A model generated the notes under the pieces. The model ran no database searches, was not told the DNA's origin, and saw only the letters and a program-made list of their open reading frames with translations. Below, piece by piece: positions 41,301 to 53,500 of a stretch of 64,000 nucleotides of DNA (positions within the stretch are counted from its first letter, which is position 1; every line of letters begins with the position of its first letter). The stretch is taken from positions 372,001 through 436,000 of the forward strand of contig JAQGDQ010000170.1 in NCBI GenBank assembly GCA_030141605.1, read 5' to 3'. This DNA comes from Tubiluchus corallicola. Its lineage: Eukaryota > Animalia > Priapulida. The position numbers and the translations under genes are program-made.

Positions 41301-44300
41301 AATATCCCATATGATAACTGAAACAGTTTTGTCTTCGTCGCCAAACCGACGCATGTAGTAAGGGTGTTGCCACATCATGTTGCCTAAAATAATTTAAATG
41401 CATGTCTCTTTCTAATATTAACAAACAGTACTTATCAAGCATTTTATCAAAATTTGATTCCGTAAACCAAATCACACTAAATGCGTTAATAACAATTTGA
41501 AAATAAGCACCCGTGCATTGCACATCTTGTGTTTGGTTTTTCACGGTTACCTATAAGCTGCAGTGGAGAAAGAATTGTCTATGGTAGCATCAGTAGTGGC
41601 ACTGTATCCGAGATAGCTTGCTGAATCTAAATGAAATCTCTTTATGTCTTCGCGTGAAAAAATTCCAGGCAAAAATTCTTGCTGCGTAATAACCTATAAT
41701 ACAATATTTTCCAAAAGGAACTTTAGTATTCTATGTAATTTTTTCTATATAATTTTGTACAATTTTATATTTGTGCGAAAGTTTTCAAATTTTTTATAGT
41801 AAGAACAATAGCTGTTTCATAAACAACCCAATGTATCAAAAAATTTATTTAATTTTTATTAGAAAAATCTAATGTTTCTAATAAAAACTTAATAAACCTT
41901 ATTATGTATTGTGTTATTTATGAAGCGGGTGTATATATACATGTATATACATAGGAAATTAGGTATGCCCAGTTTTATGCGTGTTGCACTAAAGTAGTAA
42001 GCGCACCTGTAGTTCTGCGCCAAGAATTCTTCTTGCTTCTTGGAAAATCTTTTCATCCTCCCATTCAGGTTTTTCTTCACCAATGGCTGCTGCAATGCGA
42101 TTGTGTTCTCTGAGGAAAAGAACTTGGAGGACTTGCAAGCCAAGCTGCTCATTGGCTCTTTCGTCTCCTGTAAAGAAAGCGACCATCCAGAAATCTATTG
42201 AGCATATATTGAAACGATTAAACACATCCGTTTTCAATTATGTCCTGGAGAAGCCGACAGTAATTTTGCTGCATTTCAAGGAAAAAATTGTGGGACGTCC
42301 ATACTTGCGTGCGTTTTATTGGTTTTTGTGAAATGGCGGCGCAACAATGTACGCAATGATGACATTTATATATATTTCTCTATAGTCTAGAAAAATAACG
42401 AAAGTGCATTTCATTAAAAAAGTTTTTGGTTTAATTTCGTATATTTTAATATTAGTAGAAGGTAGAAACCAGTTGTGTTTGACATATGTTCATAAGACAT
42501 ATGTTTACAGGATAGGCAGTATATAACTTACAGGCAATGTGCAAAATTTAGACACTTTATAAAATACCTAGGTATTTCAAGAAAAGTGAAAAATAAATGC
42601 GCAATAACTAGGATATTCCTAGAATGCGTAAAAAGATTTTGGAAAATGAACATAATTCATGTTGAACCAAATTTTTCGGAGATATTTTGTACATTACCTG
42701 AGTATTGCATAGAATGTATAGAAGATGTACTTAATTAAGTAAGTAATTCAAGTAAGCGGGCGGAGTTAATTGTTAAACTGACTTCCAAGAAAGACACGGC
42801 GTAACAAACAGCTCGCGTGACTTTTGAGAAACTTGCGAAATGATGAAGCTGTTGTCATCTCAATCTTGCTATATGGCTGCAAAACTTGGACCCTCTGTTA
42901 TCGTAACATCTGGAAGCTCAACATTTCCATTAGCAAAAACTTTGCTTTCTCATGTATATCAAATGCGACTACTACATCAACAACAATGCATCAAATGAAC
43001 AAGACCAAGTTTCATCACCAAATTCTCTTTAGTATACTCGTAACTGGCAAAAGACCACAAAAACAAAGACCGATTAATACCAACGTTCAAGCAAAGCAAG
43101 CAGGAATCAAATTTGAAACATTCGAAAATGAAGCCCAACGGCTATGCGGGATTCCATCAGGCATAGGACCATCCACAATATAACCCAGCCTTTCGAAGGC
43201 AAAGGAGGAAGAGAGAAGAAAAATAAGCAGCAGGGCAAAATGACCACGCGACAAGCTCAATTGTACTCTTTCCCAACTCTCGAACGCCGTCTGTGTCGCT
43301 GAATATTTCAAGCAAGAATTGTTTTCTTACGTCATCAACGTCGCCACCACAGAGAAGGAGCGACATCGGGAGAAACCTAAATTCGCTGACACGTGAAAAG
43401 ATCAGTGAACGAACGAACATATGTACCCTTTAAACTTGCAAGCACACCGAAACACGACTTTTTCAAACATTCTTCCTAAATTTTAATGAAATTATATAAA
43501 ATGCCTAGGAAAATTACAGCAAATCAATTGACTATCTGTTTTATTTCTATATTAGCTAAAAAAACACCCAAAATCTAAAAATTAGTTTGCTTTAAAAAAT
43601 TGCGTTATAATGCTTAGCAAACTTGTAGAAAAATTATTCTAGACACTTTGCCTAGTTTGTTTTGGCACTCCGCATTCTGTATAATGTCTGGTTTCATACT
43701 TTGCCTGTAATATACATGTATATGTATTGCATGCATGGATATGAATGGATATTATCACCGTAAAATCTATGGAAGTGGATATGTATATTGATGAAAAATA
43801 TAATATCCATGGCAACCCTGTACTTCCCAGCTATTTTGCAATCTGTTATAATTTTTCTTTAAACATAGTTTTACATTTATTCTGCAATTATAAGCTTTCA
43901 TCGGCGGTGGAATGTTACCATTCAGAGGCTTATAAAAAATTTTACATAAGCTGATATATTGTTAAAAAACATTTGCAGTGCACATCATGCGAGTAACTTA
44001 TTGTACTATAATAACGAATTGCACAACCTTGTATAAATTCACTTACACGAAAGGCGAATTTGATATAAATTTTATAACAGGCTTCACTTTAACACGTTTC
44101 TTACCTCCGTCATAACACGCAATAGCAATGCCATTAGCATCTTGGCAACTACCATCAATTTCGCTTTTAGGTAAAACTGGCCGCCCTCCAGCAATTTCAC
44201 TTGTCTTCATTAGCCCTTGATAATTGCAACAAATTTTTTTAAAGCACATATGTAGTTTTGTGATGGAACCTGCTGATTATACCTGATTCATTATTTTTGA

Positions 44301-47300
44301 AACGTAGTGCTTGGCTTCAAAAGTGGTTTCACTTTGTGATTTAATAAGCTACCAATATTAAAAAGTTCAACTTGACTGTGAACACCAAATACCCAACAGC
44401 AGTTACCAAGATTCTATATCCTATAAAACCTATTCTAGTACTTATTAACCTGGCTATTACTGACCAACAAAAATTAACCCAAAGCGTTCTAATCTCGGTG
44501 CTTCTTGTTGAAGCCCAACTGACTCATACATTTTCAGCGTCTCCATTTTTCATCGATTCACTAGCCTCTAACTTAATTGTTGCTGAGTATAAACAACTAT
44601 GATTTATTAATTCTGGCTTTCTTACTCATTATCTAGTCAGCGAGGCATTGATAACTGCCAGTTCATTTAAACAGCCTTTTATATTTTGTCAATTTCCAGT
44701 GCACATTTTAAGTACAGGCTAACATAGTGGAAATATTATTTTTCAGTTGCGTAACTCTTTAGCTAATCCACATTAAATAAAGTTTCCACAGAATGAAATT
44801 AGCTTCATCAGTTCCTCAGTAATATCTCACCAGCATTATGTTCACGCAGTCGGTTTGCAGTGTCCAGGTCTGATCCATACACAACAGAACCATCTATGTA
44901 TGCAGTGATTTGATTTAGTTGCTCCCGGGGACCTAAAGCAAAATAAATGTTTTCAAGACGTTTTGGTGTAGCCTTAAGACTAACGCAGGAAAATTTCAAA
45001 AGAAGAAATAAAAACGCAAAACAGTTTTGCGAATCAAATGCTGCTTCAAAAAATTGCTTTGGCTGCCTAGTAAAACGTCAAACGATTACAAAATAATTTA
45101 AAACTAAATTTTTTAGCGTTTCTTACTATTACACGTTTTAATTGCCAAAGCGGGACAAAATTTAACATGCTTCTGTTACCTGTTTCACACTGTCCGGGCA
45201 TTGAACGAACTATTGGGATACATTCAAAATCTGGTTTACCACCGTAGAAAGGATCGTTCTCATCTACATCAATTGAATAACATTTGTCACTGGGCTGCAT
45301 TCCAGTCTCGTCGAGTGGACAGCATGCAACTGCAAAATCCAACATTTTTTGTCAAATACCATATAATATAACGTTTTTGTATTAAAAACAAAGAATAAAT
45401 AAAAATATAAAACTTAAAAAATAAAAAGAAAAATACGAGAATGGATTTATAAATATCGTACAATGTGTCATATCATTAACCGTGCCTATAGTAAAAGACT
45501 TACACTGCTAGATGGCAAGTGCAAGAAATGTGCGAGAACTACGAGTGTAATATAGTGAATTAAAATATAAGTATTTAAAATACAAATAAAATTATAGCAT
45601 ACAATAAAATGTACATGCCCAAGAATACTAATTACCAAAACGATTATAACAATGACAATAGTTCACTAGTTCAACAATTTGTATTTTTAAGATTCCGTTT
45701 TGCGCCCCACTGAGGTCAACGCCCTAAGCGGCTGCCTAATTTGCTCAATGGTAGCACCGGCCCTGACCACGTATACTGTAACACAACAAATAAATTGCAA
45801 TTTTGTTAACGGAAGTGTGAAATTCTCGGGGAATATTACTGTTTTGATAAATTCCTAAAATTTGATTACTTGCATACATTATTTTATACAAATCCATTAT
45901 AATTATTGCATAAATTTGTTAAATGTTAAAAAGTTATACGTACGACCTGGATCGTCATAAGTTGGTGTGTGGGTGATATCGTGGTCCAAAAACTGTCCCC
46001 ACTGCATCAAAAACAGGGAGTCATCTTCAGTGAATGTTACATCGAGGCCATGGTATGTAACAGATATCTTGCGAGCATTCGGAAGAGCTTCGCTATTGCC
46101 ATCGCTCAGTTTTCTACAACGCGGTTCACTTACTTTAATGAAAATAGAAAGATATTTGTTAAAACTTCGATTGGGGCAAGCCTGTGCAAAAGCATTTTCC
46201 TACAGTAAAGTAAGCTGATAATGTACCGTGAAGCATTTAAAGGATTTAATATTGTTGTTCTTGTTATTGTCGTTGCTGTTGTGTTGGTGTCGTTATCGTC
46301 GTTGTTGTCTAGCATAGACTAGGTTGGCATATGTACTTAGGCCCATAATTATACAGTTTACAACTTACTTCCATCACAGTAGTCTGCCTCAACTTGCCTG
46401 CGGTAAGCCATCACAGCTTGTCCCCAAGTCGGATTATTGATATTGTTACATGATCCATCGTATGTTCTATATTAATTTGATAGAAAATTTTTATTACGGT
46501 GAAGTTTACATTCATTAGCAATTATCAGTTAAAATATAGTACAGATGAAAAGTTCCAACGTCAGGGAAATAACTTTTCAAATCCAAGCGTGTAAAATTAA
46601 GCTAACGTATGATTTCAATTCAGTGGTGTTTTTTTTACCTGTACCGGCTAGTTGCTGCTTCAGTACAATCTAAGCTAGGGTTACAATCTACGGTGGCTTT
46701 GAGACTAATACCAAATGCGTCCTCTGTTCCTCTGAAAAAAGAATCAATTAGTTTGCGAGAAAAACGTTTTCGAGGAGCAAATCGCGAATAAAGTGGGAGA
46801 ATTTTTTGCAAATTAAGCTTCAAAGCGTTGAGCACAGGCTATGAATTTTGTTTTCTTTCTCAGATTTGGTTTACTTCGTACTTTACAAAAGTTTAGCTTA
46901 TTGAAAAACTACTACATCAACTACAGTTTGTTTAGGCTTAGAGTTTTCACGACAGCCATAGTGAAAAAAATTTCTACGACAGAATTTTCCAATTGATAGC
47001 AGTCCAAAATGAAGTTACCAACAACACTTCTGAAAAATCATTATTTTAGAAGCCAACGTAGCCAATAACAAGCCAAAGGGACTCGAATTCCCATGAGCTA
47101 TCATGTCCGAGCAACTTCAGCCCGTTGAGCTCTGTTTCCTATTGCTGTAATCAAGGATACCTTGTTCAAAAGCACTACGACCATTAAAATTTAAATTAAC
47201 AAATTTTCACGAAACTTTTCACGAAAATTTTCAGGTAAAATATATATTTTCCACATGCCTTTTAAATTAGAAGTACCTAGCCTCTATCTAAAAACACATT

Positions 47301-50192
47301 GTCTGTGCTATGAGCTGTTTATTTAGAGTGCAATAAATATTCTCACTGTGAGATAAGTATTCTTGTGGTCTCCAGGGCTATTTCAGCAAGGATTGATCTT
47401 CCCTTTGATTTATCACTGGCTTTGTGAAATTTTTTCGACTTTCTCGCCATTGGACATTCCAAGATATTTCCTACCATAAGAATTAAATTGTTAATTTATC
47501 GCCAAAGGATAGCTATATATAAAGAGTTTGTGCAGTTATACTCGGAGGGCACAATTTATTTAACTTTCACAATTTTGTTAATGTCATTTAAGGTCCTTTT
47601 TCAGTTATAATAAAAATTGAAATGCGCCTAACGGCATATACACAAGCGCTCGACTTAATCCTAATCTGCATCCAAATCTGGCGACAGCATATAGGTCCAG
47701 AATTTTCTGAACTTACAACAGTTGTTTCATGCTCTAAAATCATTATAATGTATCGTTTTTTGCGGCAATGAATGATCCATAGCTCTTTCGCGCGTTCCGC
47801 AACCGGACGTTAATGATGCATTATTATGTAATATACACCAACTGGTCAATACTATTTATTGTATTTTATCCGATTTTGTAACTTAAGGGTGCTTCATAAG
47901 TCAGTATTAACTGTATTTTTTTTGTTTTTCTAGCAAACAAAGCAAAATGTTTGAAAATTTGTACAGATGAACTAGAAGCTTTGGCAATTCTGTTGGTAAA
48001 GTTAGACGAAATTGAAAAGAACTACTGTACTAGTAGGCGTTCCTATTTTCGCCACTTTTTTCAAAGCACTCTTCTAATAATTTTGCAACTGATTTTGCGA
48101 ATTGATTTTGTCACTCTGGAAATAACACATGCATTTCCAACATCAGCACAAGCATTTGCAGTTAAATGTCTTCACTACACATTCTAATCTTACTTCGAGT
48201 TCATGAAAGTGTCCTGGTCTTATTTTGTCTGATATACAGCCTTGTAAAAAATGCTCTGTGTCAAATCTGTCAAGTCCAAAACTTTCAGTGGAAATAGTTT
48301 CGATCAGAAACTAATCCAGTGGCAAGTCGGATACCTTACTTTTGTGAGGAAAGTCCACCACAGTTCGCGAGTAGTGAGGAAGGGCTGTATTTTATTGCTA
48401 AATTACATTGTTAATAGTGAGAGCATGTTGTGTTCCATAATTTTTTTTATGCTGTTCTGAATTTCCGATTCAAATGGAGCACTAGTGTTTATGGTCCCTT
48501 GACTTCCTGTTACTGTAGAATTAGAATTACTGTATTAGATTCGTACAAACCTGTTCGTTTGCTACTTGTAAAGTGGCGTTGCGAAGTACGATGGGCGACG
48601 TTAACTCTGGCTTGCTGTTCTATCCTTTCTATTTCCTCTTTCTTTCGCTTGGCGTTGATGATGCCAAAAACGGAACACCCCAGGATGACAAAAAAGAGCA
48701 CCCTGTTAAGTCAAAAGGTAAATTCCAGTCGAAAGATAAGCAAACCTCTTAAAACACAGAGACTAGATGCACGCATAAAGGTAATCTATACTACGTATTT
48801 ATTATTCCAAAAATTATTTTAGTAGATGACATTGCAGATCGCGTGAAAACTTGGGATTATTTCCTAAGCAAATAAAAACCGAAAAGCGTTATAATGCTGC
48901 GATTCCATTGCCATCTTAGACGAGTGCTATATAAAATGGTGCCAACTGAAATTATTTTCATTGTTTATTATTACACTTAAGTGTATTACACGGGGTACTC
49001 ATGAGCTAGTGAACATGAGTGGCGAATATTCAAATGAGGAAACGAATGCAAGTAATATTATGTCGACCTTTAAATGAGCCTAAACAGCCGAAATGATTAT
49101 GTAGTTAGTTTTTCGCAGTCAAAGGAGTGCTAAACTGAGACATTAATAAAGTCAGTTAAATGCAGTGATAAAACATTTCATGTCACCTTATGCAAAAACT
49201 CAGGACAACATGATTTCATAACTACTCAATTAACATAGTAAAAGATAACGTATTAAATCGAAAAGAAAGAGCAAAGCCCAACAATCTGACATAATATGTT
49301 CAGAATGGGGAGTTCCTGTGGGCCCTATATCTTTTGCACTAACATCTTTGGCCCTTTGTTATTCATTATGGCGCGTTCAGATGTAGAGATTTTTCTTGCA
49401 ATTTGTTGAGCGCTTCTCTCTGAGAGTAAAGTCGCACGTGTGAACGGTTTGGCAACTTTCCCCGCAACTTATAGAAAAACCAGCGAAAGTTTATCAGAGT
49501 TAACTTGCTCAATAAGTTGCGGAGAGAAGTTGCCAAGCCGTTCACACGTTGTAACTTTACTCTCACAGAGAAGTTGCGCAACAAATTGCGAGAGAAGTTG
49601 CCAAACGTTCACACGTTGCAAGTTTGCTCTCAGAGAGAAGTTGCTCAACAAGTTGCGAGAGAAGTCTCTACGTCTGAATGTGCCATTAGATACTTACGCA
49701 GCATTCGAAAAGCAATGCAAAATAGATGCACATAACGCACTACGCAGACATCTCTACAAATAGTAAACATCCAGGAGCACCCATAGGAAACCATATACCG
49801 TACAACTAAAAGCCAAACTGCTATATCGCAAAAATCGTACGTAACTAGTCATTAGATCAGTAGTCCTGTAAATTTAATTTTCATTTATTTGTAGCATTAT
49901 AGCTCTAAATAACTATCAGTCTAACAAAAGTTTTACTGCTTTAGTGGAAACATTGACATAATAGTTAGTTATGGGCACTGCATTTCATTTTTAGTCATCA
50001 AGGTAAAATAAATCTGTAATTATATGCAAACGAGATCAAAGGCGTAGTAAAACTCCAATAATTTTTATCATGCACTCTAAGTAATATGTGACAAGAACGT
50101 GTGAAATTTCTCGTGTTATTGCAACCCAAATGATAAACAAGTTGTTTGCTAAATAAATTTAGGTAAACAACTACGTACCTTCGAATATTCAT
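38308..50192 (-). CDS. Secreted animal heme peroxidase (peroxinectin/chorion peroxidase/MPO-like), gene A, complete, 16 coding exons, 695 aa
   Basis: Hand-spliced exons, all GT-AG and phase-compatible, total 2088 nt: 50179-50192, 48551-48702, 47347-47470, 46639-46731, 46369-46466, 45947-46132, 45180-45329, 44831-44932, 44105-44215, 42007-42167, 41551-41693, 41032-41205, 40512-40637, 40237-40344, 39649-39806, 38308-38495. The protein starts MNIRRVLFFVILGCSVFGIINA (signal peptide). Family motifs: YRTYDGSCNN..NPTWG, LPNARKIS, MQWGQFLDHDIT (distal His), REQLNQITAYIDGSVVYGS (Ca2+ loop), GDERANEQ (distal Arg/Glu), FLREHNRIA, AAYRFGHS (proximal His), DLSAINIQRGREHG, LGPTFSCII..QF....GDRYWY. Stop TAA at 38310-38308. 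A 3' splice site at 50207-50208 implies a non-coding upstream exon that I could not locate. Confidence 0.95.
42800..43400 (+). mobile_element. Degraded RTE-clade LINE 3' fragment, antisense in intron 9 of gene A
   Basis: Translates to AVVISILLYGCKTWTLCYRNIWKL (compare RTE post-RT motif AVVxxxLLYGCETWTL), then HQILFSILVTGKRPQKQRP (compare KQxLYGELxxGKRxxGRP), and finally FQARIVFLRHQRRHH (compare the C-terminal RIGLxSHxRxH finger); frameshifted. Confidence 0.75.
45697..45765 (-). mobile_element. Solo terminus of a hAT-type non-autonomous DNA transposon
   Basis: Minus strand begins CAGGGCCGGTGCTACCATTGAGCAAATTAGGCAGCCGCTTAGGGCG, a GC-rich island in an AT-rich intron that resembles CAGGGCCGG-type hAT TIRs; no partner end seen. 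Confidence 0.5.
47078..47131 (-). mobile_element. Degenerate tRNA-like SINE head
   Basis: Minus strand agctcaacgggctgaag...gggaattcgagtccc has A-box-like and B-box-like motifs at tRNA spacing. Confidence 0.4.
49369..49685. mobile_element. PIF/Harbinger (Tourist-like) MITE, 317 bp, in the first coding intron of gene A
   Basis: TIRs TGGCGCGTTCAGATGTAGAGA and TCTCTACGTCTGAATGTGCCA; TTA target-site duplication at 49366-49368 and 49686-49688; the interior is largely palindromic and built of gagaagttgc...cgttcacacgttg subrepeats. Confidence 0.85.
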
Positions 50193-50859
50193 CTTGATAT
50201 GCTGTCCTGAAAGAAAGAGTGTAGTAGTTTCTAAAGTTACCAGACCTTGTCTCGCGACACATGTTAGCTGGTCCCGTTTATACCTACATATTATTTACAT
50301 TTTGCTATATGTTTGTCCTAAAAGCAAGTAAACTAAAACTATATGTCAGGGACCCTACTGATCCAATGTGTGGGATTTCAGAAAGAGGAAATTTAGTACA
50401 ATTTTAGTCTCCAGTTCAGTGTGCAGAGACAAATGTTACCATTTTGTAACTCGATACCGATTAAAATATGCTTGATGGAGTTACTTAAATACGCATAAAA
50501 TATCTGTCTGATCTGCAAATACGTCTGGAATACGCCCCATCGTGAATGCTAAAATTTGCATTATTGAATAGCAAATAAATGATAGCTCCGTTACATTCCG
50601 AACGTGTCATTTGGCGATTAAAGCCTTGAGACTATCACGTACGACTCAAAGTTTACTAGTACGAGATCTTCCTCTTTCACAAGTATAATGTCACACTAGA
50701 AACCATTTGGTAACTTTTACTGTAACAGCGTAACTAATGACGGTATCAGGTTCCAAAAAGAAAGACCCCTGTCTGCAAATGCTCACAATGCCCAAAAACT
50801 AGTATTGTTGTTACATTAATAGTTAGACTGAAATGAAATTTCAGATGTACTAATCATTT

Positions 50860-51760
50860 GAATCCCCTAAATCTCCAGTGAGTCAGTTCGTCTATCTTCT
50901 TGTACCTTGATTTTACCTTCGTGTTCTTGGATATGAAGGTTTGAAAAATGTTTTTGATTACATGAATTTCCATTCATTTTTATCCATTCTGATATTTGTA
51001 TTTTGTTTTGTAGTTCCCAACGCCATTGTAACTCGTCTCGACACAGACCTTCATATGGTACCATCTGCTTTCCAAGAACTTCAATACATATGCAGCTGGA
51101 CATTCATAGAAATAACACCCGATCTGCCAAAACAGGATTGCTCTGCACACGTCGAATGCTTTTTCAATAATTATGCCCATACTCTCTAACTAGAGCTGAT
51201 ACAAAATAGTCATTATACCATTGACAAGAGCTAGTATATAATATATCAACTCTAGCAATAATACGTATATCAACTCTTTTCTACCTCTACTTTCCTCATG
51301 AGTGAAGCATTAAATAATAGTATTGCAAATAGCAGCAGCTCGCTTTCACAAGTGCATGGAAATCTAAGATCTCATTCTTCTCCAGTATTTATATCAAGCG
51401 CCGTAACAAATGTAGATAAATGTCAAGGATGCAAAGCGACTTTGAATGTGCTGTAAGAATTGTGAATACTACCGGGTCTGTGTCAATTGTGCGTTGAAAA
51501 ACGTCCAGAGTCTGTCAAAAGTCAACATATAAACGTTTTACGAATCTACTAGTGAACATAGCAACTGCTCGCGCATGTTTTTCTGTCAGACTTGTGTTGG
51601 CCATGAAACAGCGTAAAACAGACTTTTTCGGATCACCTGACCAACAACACAAAAAAGCGGCGAGTTGTACTTTAAAATACTGAATTTGGAAATACAGTTT
51701 ATGAGCTAAGCTCACGGTTGAACGAATTTAAAGCAAGTTTGGACATTGGCCCCAGATGTA
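50860..51760 (-). mobile_element. Probable heavily decayed DNA transposase (hAT-like) remnant
   Basis: Colinear frameshifted pieces KVQLAAFLCCWS...KHARAVAMF (compare KQLDxxVRYWS...GHAxA), then LKFLESRWYHMKVCVE and ELQW (compare LKxxxTRWLSxxxxVxRxLEQW); judged by eye only. Confidence 0.35.
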
Positions 51761-52655
51761 TAAGCTGGAAAACATGATGCTGGGCCTCTGGCAACTGTGG
51801 TTCAAAGCTCTGTGAAATCCGCAGTAAAGAGCAAGGAACTAAAAAAGAACTAACACATTCTGGGTTAGCAGAAAGGCCTGGAGTTTCGAAGTTACAGAAA
51901 AGGATGACGCAGGGCACATTTTTGCGTGTTTTAGTGTGCGAAAGAATGGTGCTGTGCAAAAACACGTTCAGTACTCAGAGGGTCCCGGTTAACTGTGCAC
52001 TAACCCGGTTAAGAAATGCGAACCAAGATTTGGGATTGAATAAGTTAATGCTGCCAATGTCAAGTAGCAGTAGCTTGTACATTTTGAAATGAAAGAACTC
52101 GATGAGGCAAACTGAGTGGTATGCGTCACACCCATCTCTGACCCCTGGGTTACAGGTTAAACCTAGCAAACTCCAGTTTTAGTATCTTGTGGCATACTAA
52201 ATGCAAGGACCAAATGAGACAAATTCAGTGGTGTACACTGACAAGCAGGCAGTTGACCCTTGACTGAGGGATGACGGATCAAAAAGTGACAAGCTTGATA
52301 TAATTAAAACTATGTACGTAAATATTGTCAATTATTTTGAAAACATATTTTATTTGTAAACACGAAACAAAAGCTGACGGCCTAAAATCCAGTCTCCCGT
52401 GACAGAAGCAGAATCTTACCACTATTTTCGACGACTCAAAAACGTTCACTACTAATAATCATTTTTCTGTCTTCATCGACTATAGCTGTCTGATTTTTGG
52501 ATATTTGCATACACGACCCCTGATTTCTCCGCAACTTATGTTGATAAGAAATCTCCGTTAAATTTATGAGGTACAACACGTGCACATTAACACAAATTTT
52601 GCAGTATGGAACGCCATATGAATTTAATCATTTTATATATTGTGTATTATACTGC

Positions 52656-53500
52656 TTGTTAAGATTTTGCAATAGCAAAATTTTACTGTTTTTCATTGTG
52701 TTATTCTTATTTATTTATTTATTCTTATTTATTCTCCACAACTTTAACGCTTAATAACTCCTAAACCTTGAAAGCTAGGGTCACCAAACTCGGAGCGTTG
52801 GTAGCCCTGGGTTGGGGACGTACAACAGTGTGGTGACGAGTGGCCATTGTAGCATATCAAATGAAAGGCCTCGATGAGGCGGATCAAATAGCATAAGTTA
52901 CAATGAGAATAGTTAATCTGCGACCCCGCTAGGGGGCAAAATGGGGGTCGAGGATGGTATAAGTTATGTCGAATCAAACCGAATGGTATAAGTTATGCCG
53001 AGACTGGTTGATCTTTGACCCCAGTAGGGGGCAAAAACCGAAAAATGGGGGTCGGAAACAGAAATACATCGAGTGTCCACAAATAGTACCAAGTAGCACA
53101 TCAAATGAAATGTCTTGATAAAGCGAATCGAACGGTATAGGTTACAGTGTGAATTGTTAACCTGTGAACTAGTTAGGGGCAAAATTGGGGTCGAGGACAA
53201 ATGCCTTACAGGGTCTACCAAAAGTAACTTGTTGTAAAAAGTAAATGAGAGGTCTCAGTGAGACTAACTGAATGATATAAGTTACGCTAAGATTGGCTGA
53301 CCTTTGACCCATGGGTGAGAGTCTAAACAGTTACATGTTGAGGTTTCATTGAGAAATGCACTTCCTATGTATTCAAGCAGGGTGGAAATAATAACTTTCA
53401 AGCAAAGGCTGTCATCTCTTCATTTTTAAGGCTCAATATCATAACTATTGTTTGCAAAATCTTCAGTTTCTGTACACGTCAGAAACATTGTCAACTAGTT
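52656..53500 (+). mobile_element. Non-autonomous Helentron/HINE (DINE-1-like) element, copy 1
   Basis: 5' subTIR AAGATTTTGCAA (52661-52672) folded in the hairpin attttgc-aata-gcaaaat, followed by (TATT)n and internal tandem repeats; 3' subTIR TTGCAAAATCTT (53452-53463), 3' hairpin gtttctg..cagaaac, and ACTAGTT end. Confidence 0.8.
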
